Assembly: GCA_973895155.1 (NCBI GenBank)
Contig: OZ316894.1
Location: 27,024,340 to 27,088,339 of the forward strand
Source of the DNA: Marsupella aquatica
Lineage: Eukaryota; Plantae; Marchantiophyta
Direction of reading: 5' to 3'
Length of the DNA stretch: 64,000 nucleotides
Shown here piece by piece: positions 39,546-49,932 of the stretch. A model generated the notes under the pieces. That model had not been told where the DNA came from, did no database searches, and was given only the letters and a program-made list of their open reading frames with translations. The stretch's first letter is position 1. Each line of letters begins with the position of its first letter. The position numbers and the translations under genes were made by a program.

Positions 39546-41096
39546 ATGGACATGGAAGAGGATGAGAATGGCGGCGGCTCAGCTCGGGACAAGGTCCCAG
39601 CCTTGGATGGAGAGACACGACGTAGCCTGAGAGGTGCAGAGCTCAGGGGAGAGGGTCCTGGAATCTGTGGAATCTCAAATGGTACCCGGAATCCTGATAC
39701 ATGGGGCCGCGAAGGAGCTGAAGAGGAGGAAACATCGGAGGAATGTATCAGAATTCTGAGAGCTGTAGCACACCGCTCTAAGGGTGACCTTGACAAAAAG
39801 CTGTTTGCCACAGTTGAATGGAACATGACGGAAGCAGCTATGAATGTGAGGCAATTATATAACTGTGCCTTGCTATGCTACTTCACAGACAGAACCCCAT
39901 TGCTTCCAGCCTTCAGAGACTGGGTAGAAGACGAAATGACTAGCCAAGGGCGCTGGCCGGTGCTACAAGTCAAGTTTGTGGGGAAAAATTTTTACATGGT
40001 AATCTTTGAAGAACCTGATCATCGGGATCTGGCACTGAATGGGGCGCCATGGTTTATGGAAAATAGATTTGTATACACCTTCCCATGGGATCCAACCTTT
40101 GACATAAAAAATGAGTCTTACACCAAACTGCCAGTATGGATTGAGCTACCATTTAGAGCCTTGGAGCTGGAAGGATGCAGAAGGAAAATTGCAAGCGCGC
40201 TTGGCACCCTACTATACTACATTCAAGGAGACCAATTCAGTTCCTACCCACATGACCGTGCGTGCATACTATGGGACACTGACAAGGAGATACCGGCAAG
40301 TGTTCGAGTGAAAATTCAGAAGGATATAGTAATTTGGCAACCGGAGACCTTCCGCAATATTCCTTACCACTGCTACAAATGCCATAAGAAAGGGCATCTA
40401 GCCCGCAGCTGTCGAGAAGGAGATGAAGGGCAGAGGCCGACGAGTGTGCTGGAAATACCTGATGAAAAAGACGATGAACGACACTCGGAGGCTGACCCAG
40501 AAGAGATACAAAAGGCCCAAGAGAATGCTATGGTCCGGGTTAAATTCAGGGAGAACCAAGAGCGGCAGGCGAACACGATCCGGAAAAACTCAGTTGAGGA
40601 GGAAATTGCCCATGTGGAGCTGATCATTGCGACAGATGTTAGAGAACCGGACAAAGGAACTCCAGCTAACCCACAACGGCCGAATGTGGGTGCTATTGGG
40701 ATGGAATTGCTGGAGCCCACTCGTGGACCCTTGGACGCCATGGTGAGATGGGAACCGACTAGGACTAAGGGGAATTCGCGAGACTTCCCACCTGGGAGTG
40801 GACTGGCCCGGGATCCTGGAGGTAACACAGACCGCAGAGGCTCTGTTCTAAATGCCAGTGCACCAAGCTTTGGGCCGGAATTCAGCACGAAGGCCAGAAC
40901 AGACACACTCGGGCTTCCAGGATCGCTCTTAGAGGTAGAAGCCGAAGGGAATTTCTCGTACCATGGGGACACCGATGCAGAGATGTCAGAATATGAAGCT
41001 TACATATCGAATAGCAAACTCAAAGCACGAACCAGGAAACAAGAATTGAGAACCCCCCCAACTGAAGATAAAGATAAGCCGAAGTTTAGGGTTTAG
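39546..41096 (+). CDS. LINE ORF1 (DUF4283-like region plus CCHC zinc knuckle)
   Basis: LNGAPWFM, LPVWIELP, CYKCHKKGHLARSC. The stop lies inside a TTTAGGG tract; 39172..39546 may be a frameshifted 5' part. Confidence 0.8.
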   Translation: MDMEEDENGGGSARDKVPALDGETRRSLRGAELRGEGPGICGISNGTRNPDTWGREGAEEEETSEECIRILRAVAHRSKGDLDKKLFATVEWNMTEAAMNVRQLYNCALLCYFTDRTPLLPAFRDWVEDEMTSQGRWPVLQVKFVGKNFYMVIFEEPDHRDLALNGAPWFMENRFVYTFPWDPTFDIKNESYTKLPVWIELPFRALELEGCRRKIASALGTLLYYIQGDQFSSYPHDRACILWDTDKEIPASVRVKIQKDIVIWQPETFRNIPYHCYKCHKKGHLARSCREGDEGQRPTSVLEIPDEKDDERHSEADPEEIQKAQENAMVRVKFRENQERQANTIRKNSVEEEIAHVELIIATDVREPDKGTPANPQRPNVGAIGMELLEPTRGPLDAMVRWEPTRTKGNSRDFPPGSGLARDPGGNTDRRGSVLNASAPSFGPEFSTKARTDTLGLPGSLLEVEAEGNFSYHGDTDAEMSEYEAYISNSKLKARTRKQELRTPPTEDKDKPKFRV

Positions 41097-41359
41097 GGTT
41101 TAGGACAAAAAAACAACGTTCGCTGTACTTCTCATGAGGATCCATGTCTGATGCAGGTGCGGGCGAAAGCTCAACAAGGACAAACAGATTGCTCAGCCCT
41201 GAAACGAGGAGTCCGAGAAGTGAACAAAGAGGCGCAGCACAAACTAAGATGAGAGACGACTACTCCCTGATAGGGGGACTGACTGAGCAGCAAACGGGGA
41301 GCGGCTCTCAGGGCTGGATGCTATCCCCTGGAGGACGGAATCGTATCTAGGGTGACGGT

Positions 41360-42209
41360 GTGCTGACCAAGTGCACCACTCAACTTGGGGAGCAGCGGGG
41401 GGGGGAGGGGATGGAGAACATAATGCGGATTGCCACATGGAACGTCTGTGGGCTGTGTGAGACAAACCGCAAACATGTCGTCAAAAACTGGGTACAGGCA
41501 CTGCGATTTCCGCTGGGATGCCTAGCTCTACAAGAAGTGAAGACGGATCAATTCCATTTGGACATGGCTCTGAGAACAATTCTCTCAAACTATCAACACT
41601 TCTCATCGGCACCAGAGGAAGGCAGGGGAGGAACGGCACTTCTGGTCCACCCGTCTTTGAAGGTGGTAGCATCAGGCAAACTGGACCTTGGCAGAGCTGT
41701 GTGGATAATCATTGAGAACGAAGGAGGCAATTATGGAGTGGCATCTATCTATGCACCAAACTCGGCTGACTTAAGGGCTTTGCTATGGAACGAGCTTAAG
41801 GATGAGCTTCCGCAGGTAAACTGGATCATCTGTGGCGACTTCAACATGACAGAAAGAAGAGCGGACTCAACCGGGAGATCACCTCTGATCGGCGGAAGAG
41901 AAGCGGAATTCTGGCGCTTCTTAAAAACGCGCTTTGACCTGGTAGATGCGTGGGAGATCACCGGGGGCGCTACGGGTGCCCAATTCACATGGAGAAGGAT
42001 GAGAAGGGGATTAATGGTACAATCCCGATTAGATAGGTTCTACATTAGCGAGAAGGGATGGTGGTTAGAGGAGAGAGTAGAGCTGGTGCATGAAGGAGGA
42101 TCAGCGTTATCAGACCATGACCCGGTGATACTGAAAGGGAGGTTCAGAGATGCAGGTCAGAAGGTGGAGCGAGGTAAGGTGAGACTATTCATGGCCAATC
42201 CAGCGCTTC
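41360..42209 (+). pseudogene. LINE ORF2, APE endonuclease part
   Basis: ATWNVCG, LQEVK, SIYAP, GDFN, SRLDRFY, SDHDP; interrupted by the gypsy element at 42210. Confidence 0.93.
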
Positions 42210-45200
42210 TGTGATGCCTAGACAGGAATCACTCGGCCGGTTAAGTGGGTAAAGCAGGAAGGCACCCTAGGAACACCTTAGTATAGTGACAAAACAAGGA
42301 AAATATAAACAATTAGGGGCAACCATGGAACCCGGGCAGAGGCCGGAGGTAAGGCTGAGGGTGAAAAACCGATTAGGGTTAGGACGCGTTAAGCGTCGGC
42401 GGCTAGGAAGGATCAACGGGAAGAAGGACCGGCAGAGGAGAGGGGTAAGGAGCGCTTGCAGGAGATGGTGGCTCATTTGCGAGCACGAACTAGGCAGACG
42501 ACTACGGGAGGCCAACTACTGTCAGCTGCTTAGGCAAGCACTCAGGGAGAGAGTAGATACCGACGATCAACCTAAGGAGGGTATGAGCAACGTCAATCAA
42601 GCGGCACATTTCTGGGGATGCCTGTTCGAACGGGCAACTGAGTACATCAAGACTTACGAGGACGAGGAGTCAGAAAGGGCAGCTCGAGAACGGCAGGAGC
42701 TCGCTCGATTGTGGGAGCTGCAGAAGACGGCTTTCTTAGGAGGCGAACTCATCAAGGACGAGTTCCTGTGGACGCCTACTTCCAATCAACTCGACGATCT
42801 TCTGTTTTGCAAAGACAGCGTCGTCGGCATCCGAGAGGCCATCAAGAACTGCAACGACATACACTGGGAATTAAAGGGTAGCACGGAAAGGTGGACCCAG
42901 GCAACGGTGCTAGGAGAAACCTCCACGGCAGCAGAGATGAAGAGGAAGGGAGCCGTCAACGATGAAGCCACCCCGGCAAAAAGAACGAGGTCGGCGGCAC
43001 CAAAGAAGCCAGCCGAGCAGCATAGCAGGAGGCAGGGAGAAGCCGAAGAGGAGGAGGTCGATCCCATCAAGGCCATTCCAACCAGGGATGACACCTGGAA
43101 GGGCTGGGCGGCAACCCTACCGGTGGAGGTGCAACTACATTTTGCACGGGAGGAGGATGCATGCTTTACGGCCATGCAGACCAAGAAGTACCAAGGCTTC
43201 ATGGCCGGATCCGGCTTGGAGGCCTTTGTAAGATTACCATGGCTGAAGCCGGAGGTACCGGAGTCAGACCTATTAGAATTCGTGGGGTCATGGGAACCCG
43301 AGACCAATTGCACGAGGATATATGGGAAGGATTTCTATCTTACTCCCAAGGTGATTGCCGAAGTGTTTGGCTTGCCGATGGGCAATAAGACCAAAGTTGA
43401 TACCAGGAAGACCTTGCCTGACAAGGAGTTCCGGTCGTTCCCCGGGCCATCAACGAAGAATGGCTTCTTCCGGAACACCTGCACCAACCCGCACATAGGA
43501 GAGATGATCGACTTCTTGCGGGTGACCATGCATTGTAACTTGCCGAGGGCAGAGATCGGCAAGGCACAGGTCTATCTGGCAGAAAGGCCAGACCCAAGCC
43601 GGGACTACAACGGGTACCTCCTCAACCAATTGAAGAAGATCTTAAAGGAGGAGCAGCAGGTAATCGGCATGGGGAGCGTGTCGCGGCTTGGCTATCACAT
43701 GCCGCTGTTGTGCCGGTATGCCAGAGGTCAGACTTTTGCCCCGGTACTTCCCCTGCAGGTAAGGGCACCCGAGGAAGCTCCAACGCCGAGGCCGTTGGCT
43801 GAGAAGCCTCAACCACCTGTTAGTCCTACGATCGAGCAGGTGTTTAGGCCCAGGAAGGAAGACTTGCCGATGCAGCAACCAGGCATGCAGAGTCTGCTGA
43901 AACTACTGGAGAAAGAAAAGAGATCGGCATCGGCAAAAACAACGGCAACGGCAACAATGCAGGACACTACTACAGAGGTAGGCCTACACTGGCTCACAAG
44001 AGAAAACCCCTTTGCTGGAGACAAGGAGAGAATCAGGCCGGAATCCAAGCCAGGTGTTCGAATGTACGTGGGAACCTCAAGCTCCGAATCTGAGGCAGAA
44101 TTGCCTGAAGCTCCTACCAACAAAGAGGAGAGGGAGAAGCCGGACGTCCAAGAGGTAGAGGAGGCAGTGGAGGACTGCAGCCATGATAATTCCGGCTATG
44201 GGTCGGACCATCACGTTCCAGGAGTAAGGACCTGTGGCCGGTTTGTCCCCACACTTCCAAGGGTAGTGCGAGGGGACCCCAACCAGCAGAGTAGCCCTGA
44301 GTCTCCCCCACCAGATGTTGCTCCCCCGAGCTTCGACGGCATAAAACAGACGGTGCAGGAATTTCAGGAGCGAATCAAGCAGGAGGAAGAGGCCGCCCTG
44401 GCTAAGGAAAAGGATTTACCAGGAGGAGATTGGCCGGAGGACATCAGGCGGCTAGCCGAAAAAGGAAGCAAACCTCTAGCCACGATTGAAGAGATCCGCA
44501 GGACGGCTTGGGAGCAGAGGCCACGATGGGCAATGCCGATCACTTCTACTTACTCCACCTACGCTAAGAATAGAGCCATGGAGTATGGTGAGATGTGTGG
44601 GGAACTTGCGCTCGGCATCTTTGGAGAGGAGTTGGAGGTAGGACCCTTTTTCCATAGGGAGCAGTTGGAGAAGCACCAATTAGAAGAAGCGGTGGCTTTA
44701 GAGAGAAGCAAGAAGGACGAGGTCATTCGGCGGCTTAGGAGGATGGAAGCCGAGATTGAAGATCTAAGGGCGGCCAAGAAAGCCCAAGATGAACTGCGGA
44801 TTAAACGACATGAGCTGAACATCATGCAGGGGCAGTTGGACGCCGCGCAGGCTGATAATCAGAATATCAAGGATAAACTGACTCAGACGCAGGAAGAGTT
44901 GGCCGACACGATCAAAGAAAGGGAAAAGTGGAAGCAAGAGCTGAAGAATACAGAGGAGGCCCACATAACAGCCAACAGCCGGGCCATGGCGGAGACCCAA
45001 AGAAAGGAATGGGCGTTGAAAGGGGAGCTCGAGAAAATCCGCGGAGCCCTTGAGCAGAAGGAGGTCGAGTTAGGGAAATCCTATCAAGGGATTATGGCGC
45101 TGCAGCAGGAGCTTGCGTCCCTGACGACCAGCTTCAAGGCCGACCTAAGGGAGAAGGACGAGATGCTCGAACAGACTTACACCAAGATGAACCAGATGGA

Positions 45201-46869
45201 GTCTATCATCATTGCAGAGCTCGACAAGGAGCTAAGAGCAACCCAGGAGGAGAAGGCTACCTTAAAGAAGGAATTGGAGGAAGCCCACAGGGAGCAGGAG
45301 GAGGCCAAAAACGAGCTGGAGGGGGCACGTAAGGACCTGGATGAAACCCAAGAGGAGTTGGAGGAAATCACGAGGAAGATGGAGAACCTACAGCGGCGGG
45401 CCGACAACCAAACAGAGCGGCTGAAGAAACAAGCCGCAGTATTTAAATGCTTAGCTGCAGCAGGTCCATCTCCTGTTGGGACAAACCAGTTACCAGGGGT
45501 GGTAATTGCCGAAGGACAAGCAGCGCCACCTGCACCAGTGCCGGAAGCAAGTGGGAAGGGGAAGGGACCAGCTGCCGAGCCACCAACGAAGAAGAAGCGG
45601 AAACCTTCAGGGTCAAGGAGTAATACGACTTCACAGGCCGTGGTGATCAAGGAGGTAGACCCAGCACCGACCCCAGACAGGGTCACGGCTAAGGATCCAA
45701 CTACCCTAGGGGAAGGGGAAGCTGAAGCCGTGGGAGTGGCTGAAGCCGAAGCCGTGGGAGTGGTTGAGGCCAAAGCCGTGGGTATTGCCGAGGCCGGTGT
45801 CGAGGCTGAAGCCGAAGGTGGACCCAGTCAGGCCGATGGAGAGTTGACTCGGTCAAGGGCAGGTAATCTGTCAGTAGGCGGGCCAACGGCAGTGGCTGAG
45901 GAGGAAGTGTTGGGGGCGTCCATTGAGGATCCACCACCGGTGTCGTGACGGTGCAAGGGCGCCGTTCCTTTTAGGGAGGGCGGACGTGGAGGGAGGAGGC
46001 GTGAGTGGGCAGGGCGGGCACGGATCTCCACGTTTAGGATTAGGATCCGAACCAGGAGCGGCCCTGACACTTAGCTTAGTGGGATTGCGGTCCCACTGGT
46101 AGGAGCAACACTTGTGCTCCTGCCTTGCTGTACATAGGTAGATCCGGGCAAGTAGATTACTGTTAAGTAGATTAGGCTTACGATGCAAAGAATGGCGGAT
46201 CCACTACCAGGATAAGTACCTGGGCAGCGGGGAGCTCAGGGCCTCTTCTTTAGCAAGTTTTTAGTTTGCACCAGCCGGGCTGGGATCAAGTAGTACGAGA
46301 AGCTCTCGGTTAGTCATACAGTGACCCTTGTGTATATTCATGTTTCCTCATGCCTAAGAGCTGAATAGAGTTGGCCTCACGGCTTAGTTCGCAGAACTTG
46401 TGTATGAGATGTACTGTTTGTATGGCAAGTGCATGGTATGACTCAGTCAGAATGAGTCATTTTGCTATTTGTGTGTCGCATTAACTTGTGTGAAGAGTGC
46501 CCACATCAACAGAAGGAAGGAAAGTAAGCAGGGGAGTGAGAGTTGGATGTGTCGAGCTGAGAGAGGTCTTAGCGGCTTAACCAAGCCTATTGGGGATCAT
46601 TCCGGCGGCGGAATCCAAACATACCTAACAAGACGGAGGGGAAGACAGGGGAAGACAGGGGAAGGCCTATATTAGGCCGGCTACGTATCTCATGACCCGA
46701 TGAAGGATCTGTCCAGTATATGTGTGTAAAATGTTAATAGTAGTAGTAGAAGGTTAGCAGCGTCCCATGCCGCTAAGCCGCGGAAACGGCCTCGCCAAGC
46801 ACGAAACCTGCGGGAATCGGCTTGAGCTGGGGGGTTTCTTGGGTTTAGGGAGCCATGGGACGCACCACA
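42210..46869 (+). repeat. 5' LTR (4,660 bp)
   Basis: TGTGATGCC...GCACCACA; direct repeat of 53094-57746. Confidence 0.97.
42286..45948 (+). CDS. LTR-resident ORF, up to 1220 aa: globular transposon-related domain, long coiled coil, acidic/basic tail
   Basis: Uninterrupted ORF wholly inside the 5' LTR. In-frame ATGs at 42325 (ACCATGG) and 42583. NLS-like PPTKKKRK; no hydrophobic transmembrane stretch seen. Confidence 0.85.
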   Translation: MTKQGKYKQLGATMEPGQRPEVRLRVKNRLGLGRVKRRRLGRINGKKDRQRRGVRSACRRWWLICEHELGRRLREANYCQLLRQALRERVDTDDQPKEGMSNVNQAAHFWGCLFERATEYIKTYEDEESERAARERQELARLWELQKTAFLGGELIKDEFLWTPTSNQLDDLLFCKDSVVGIREAIKNCNDIHWELKGSTERWTQATVLGETSTAAEMKRKGAVNDEATPAKRTRSAAPKKPAEQHSRRQGEAEEEEVDPIKAIPTRDDTWKGWAATLPVEVQLHFAREEDACFTAMQTKKYQGFMAGSGLEAFVRLPWLKPEVPESDLLEFVGSWEPETNCTRIYGKDFYLTPKVIAEVFGLPMGNKTKVDTRKTLPDKEFRSFPGPSTKNGFFRNTCTNPHIGEMIDFLRVTMHCNLPRAEIGKAQVYLAERPDPSRDYNGYLLNQLKKILKEEQQVIGMGSVSRLGYHMPLLCRYARGQTFAPVLPLQVRAPEEAPTPRPLAEKPQPPVSPTIEQVFRPRKEDLPMQQPGMQSLLKLLEKEKRSASAKTTATATMQDTTTEVGLHWLTRENPFAGDKERIRPESKPGVRMYVGTSSSESEAELPEAPTNKEEREKPDVQEVEEAVEDCSHDNSGYGSDHHVPGVRTCGRFVPTLPRVVRGDPNQQSSPESPPPDVAPPSFDGIKQTVQEFQERIKQEEEAALAKEKDLPGGDWPEDIRRLAEKGSKPLATIEEIRRTAWEQRPRWAMPITSTYSTYAKNRAMEYGEMCGELALGIFGEELEVGPFFHREQLEKHQLEEAVALERSKKDEVIRRLRRMEAEIEDLRAAKKAQDELRIKRHELNIMQGQLDAAQADNQNIKDKLTQTQEELADTIKEREKWKQELKNTEEAHITANSRAMAETQRKEWALKGELEKIRGALEQKEVELGKSYQGIMALQQELASLTTSFKADLREKDEMLEQTYTKMNQMESIIIAELDKELRATQEEKATLKKELEEAHREQEEAKNELEGARKDLDETQEELEEITRKMENLQRRADNQTERLKKQAAVFKCLAAAGPSPVGTNQLPGVVIAEGQAAPPAPVPEASGKGKGPAAEPPTKKKRKPSGSRSNTTSQAVVIKEVDPAPTPDRVTAKDPTTLGEGEAEAVGVAEAEAVGVVEAKAVGIAEAGVEAEAEGGPSQADGELTRSRAGNLSVGGPTAVAEEEVLGASIEDPPPVS

Positions 46870-46873
46870 TTTT

Positions 46874-46891
46874 TGGCGCTAGATGGAGGGG
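46874..46891 (+). promoter_or_regulatory. Primer-binding site
   Basis: TGGCGCTAGATGGAGGGG, 4 nt after the LTR end; the cognate tRNA was not determined. Confidence 0.75.
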
Positions 46892-46938
46892 GCATTTCTT
46901 AAGCCGTGAGATATGAAGTTAGAACGGAAGCGTAGGTA

Positions 46939-49932
46939 ATGACTGACCTTACGCCGAGGGAAGAAAGAGTGATTCAACGGGAGAGAGCTCGACTGCAGCA
47001 GCTCGCCGGGTGGCATGATACACAGCGACTGAGAGGGGCAGAAAGAGCTGGTAGCTCCGAAACTGGAAGTGGCGTCGAAGAAGACATACCAGAAGAAGAG
47101 TCGGTAAGGAGAAGTGAGTCTCCAACCGACATGGGGGAACCAGAGGCACGGCCAGACGAGAGGCCAGGGACCAGATTGAGCCAGTGGTCGCGCATACATT
47201 ACAAGGCATTTCATGGGAGAGGAGATGAGGATCCGGACGAATGGTTGGATGATTTCGAGGGAACCGCTGCAGCAAATGGAGAATCGGCCATCAAGATGCA
47301 GATTCTTCCCGGCCTGTTCAAGGGTGAGGCTAGGCCTTGGTACAGAGCATTAGATGTGGAAGATCAAGCCATCTGGGATATCTTCAAAACACTCTTTGTT
47401 AAGGAGTTTCGACCCATTGGAACTTCAGAACTAGCAGTGCTGAAGTTGGGACAACTTCGGTTCAAGGAGAACAAATCCTTCAGGAAGTTCTTGCAACGCT
47501 TTCAGAAACTGGTAAGACGTACAAAGACCAATGCATCTGAAGGTATGCAACTTCAATGGTTGGTGAATGCTTTGCCACAGAAGATGAGTTTTGCAATTAG
47601 GAAGGAGAACCCGGAGACCTTAGCCGAAGCAATTAAGGATATTCAATTATACATTAATGCAGATATCACAAGCCGGAAGAAACAGCTTAAGTCTGAGAGT
47701 TCCTCATCAGAGGAGGGATCACCCCATAAGAAAAAAGATAAGAAGAAGAAACATTCCAAGAAGTCTAGAAGTGATAAGTCAAGCTCGGATAGTGGGAGTA
47801 GCAAGAGTGAGTCATCTTCTAGTTCTGAAGAAGAAAAAACTAGGAAAAGGAAGGGCAGAAGGAGAGGGAAGACGAAAGTCAAGATGGAGGCTAAGCCACC
47901 AGATAACATCGTAGCCCTTACCGAGCAACTTAAGGCTATCATTGCAGAGGTAAAACCAAAGAAGAAGGTAGTACAGGAGGATAGCTCTGTATGGTGTGCC
48001 TTATGTTATAAAACCGGACACCATAAAGATGCTTGTCCTAAGCTTAATACTAATCATGTTCGGCATGTGGCCGAGATCAGACCATGTCAGGGAGAAGTAG
48101 AGTACTTTTTGGGAGATGCCGCTGATAGTGTTTTCGGCATCAGTGAGACTGGAGCACGAGACCTATCCAACAGACCTGCATCTCTGTGGTCAGGGTTAAG
48201 GAACAATCCAGGAGAGATGTATCCTCGGATTATTCAGAACCCGTCAGTACCTCCTAGGCCGAATGTGCAAAGATTTGCGGCGTGCTATAATTGTGGTCAA
48301 CCTGGCCATTTTGCTAGAGAATGCCCGAATGCACGCAAACAGGGTGATGGACAACCAGCTCAGCTATGTATGGGATGCCGACAGGAAGGTCATATGCTAG
48401 GGCAATGTCCTACTTGGTTGGCAGGCCTGGCCGCAAATCATAAGCTTTTGCCGATCAAGATCTTACCACCAGGTACTACCCCTGGAGGAGTTCAAATCAA
48501 CCACATCGAACTAGGATGGCAAGAGGATGCCGAGGCAGAGTTCGTACCATCTGATGATGAGGCCGAAGCCCTATCAACCTTCTCAGAGGAGGATTTAGAT
48601 CATGATTGCTACCGGGTCTCTACTCGATCTACCAGAAGGAAGGAAAGGTGGGATGGGCTAGCCAAAAATAAAGGGAAGGTTACGGAGGAAAAGATCGACT
48701 CTTCGTCAACATCAACAGAAGGAGAAGGGAGGGCTCCGGCAATACAGGTAAGCCATGAGCCCACCAGTGAAACCAATCCTTCACAAGATAGCGACTTCAA
48801 TCGAGATCATCCTAAGTTGTTCTACCCCTCTGTTACGGCTAGTGTTAAGGAACAACTAAGAGAATTAGAAACCCTGGAGAATACCGAAGCCATTGCCAAG
48901 GATGTAAAACGAGCAAAAGCATTGTTTGCTTCGGAAGACCCAACAGCTGTGGAGACTAGCGTGGCAAAACTGGCCGAATCCAAGACGGAAACACCACCAG
49001 AAGAGAAGCCGATTGTTCCCTATGACCTGGCTAAAGATGTACTAGAATCTAGAGTCTCGGCAACAGTAGGTCAACTATTGAAAAATAGCCCGTACTTCCG
49101 GAAGCAATTAAGGAAGGCTATTCTCGGCAAGCCGAGATTACCCAAGGTAGCAACCAGATCCGACGTACTAATGATAGAAGAAGATCAAGGAGCCCCAGCA
49201 TTACCATTAATGATTCAAGGAGAATTATTACTACGGGTACCCATCGATGGAGGATCAGGGGTATGTATTATGATTGATTCAACAGCAAAAGGGTGGGGTC
49301 TAACACCGGAGATGACTGGAAGAGTGTTGAACATGGCCAATGGATATCAGGTCATTCCGACGGGAGTGTTAACCGGCATCAAGACAGAGATAGGAGGTAT
49401 CTTCTTTAGCATTAACTATGTAGTAATGAAGCCGGTAAATCCTACGTCATTCCGGCTATTGATTGGTAGGCCATGGCTGTACCTAGCCGAGGTAATAGAA
49501 GATTGGGGTAAAAAGCAGTTCACTTTCGGGACCCCCTCTATCACGGTATCCTGGGACACTAAGGATGACCGTAGGAAAAGCATAAGGGAAGTAGATGGGT
49601 ACGATAGTGGACTGGAGTCAGCCGATGAAGTACGTTGGTTAGAATGCTTCACTAACCTAACCGAAGAAGGTGTCTTTGGACCAGAGGTACCCCCCAGCGG
49701 ATTATGGCAAGAACCAATGGAAGGTGACTTGGAAGAAGAAGACAAAGAGGTCGAGGACTGCTTTACAATAGAATCCACCTTTTTAGCTGCAATTCCGGAG
49801 GAAGTTAAGGATGTAGACCAATTGGATGAAACGGCTAAGTGGGGAGCAGTAGCAGGGACAGTGGATTTTCTGCAGGCGTTGTGGCAGAGCCGACGGGGTC
49901 CACAACGCCATCGATCATCGGCAAGGAATTAA
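46939..49932 (+). CDS. gag: Gag (three CCHC knuckles) plus aspartic protease
   Basis: FHGRGDEDPDEWL, GEARPWY; CALCYKTGHHKDAC, CYNCGQPGHFAREC, CMGCRQEGHMLGQC; PIDGGSG and LLIGRPWL. Confidence 0.93.
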   Translation: MTDLTPREERVIQRERARLQQLAGWHDTQRLRGAERAGSSETGSGVEEDIPEEESVRRSESPTDMGEPEARPDERPGTRLSQWSRIHYKAFHGRGDEDPDEWLDDFEGTAAANGESAIKMQILPGLFKGEARPWYRALDVEDQAIWDIFKTLFVKEFRPIGTSELAVLKLGQLRFKENKSFRKFLQRFQKLVRRTKTNASEGMQLQWLVNALPQKMSFAIRKENPETLAEAIKDIQLYINADITSRKKQLKSESSSSEEGSPHKKKDKKKKHSKKSRSDKSSSDSGSSKSESSSSSEEEKTRKRKGRRRGKTKVKMEAKPPDNIVALTEQLKAIIAEVKPKKKVVQEDSSVWCALCYKTGHHKDACPKLNTNHVRHVAEIRPCQGEVEYFLGDAADSVFGISETGARDLSNRPASLWSGLRNNPGEMYPRIIQNPSVPPRPNVQRFAACYNCGQPGHFARECPNARKQGDGQPAQLCMGCRQEGHMLGQCPTWLAGLAANHKLLPIKILPPGTTPGGVQINHIELGWQEDAEAEFVPSDDEAEALSTFSEEDLDHDCYRVSTRSTRRKERWDGLAKNKGKVTEEKIDSSSTSTEGEGRAPAIQVSHEPTSETNPSQDSDFNRDHPKLFYPSVTASVKEQLRELETLENTEAIAKDVKRAKALFASEDPTAVETSVAKLAESKTETPPEEKPIVPYDLAKDVLESRVSATVGQLLKNSPYFRKQLRKAILGKPRLPKVATRSDVLMIEEDQGAPALPLMIQGELLLRVPIDGGSGVCIMIDSTAKGWGLTPEMTGRVLNMANGYQVIPTGVLTGIKTEIGGIFFSINYVVMKPVNPTSFRLLIGRPWLYLAEVIEDWGKKQFTFGTPSITVSWDTKDDRRKSIREVDGYDSGLESADEVRWLECFTNLTEEGVFGPEVPPSGLWQEPMEGDLEEEDKEVEDCFTIESTFLAAIPEEVKDVDQLDETAKWGAVAGTVDFLQALWQSRRGPQRHRSSARN

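Noticed and set aside
42286-45948. Env-like gene
   Set aside because: No signal peptide or transmembrane segment visible; highly charged coiled coil.
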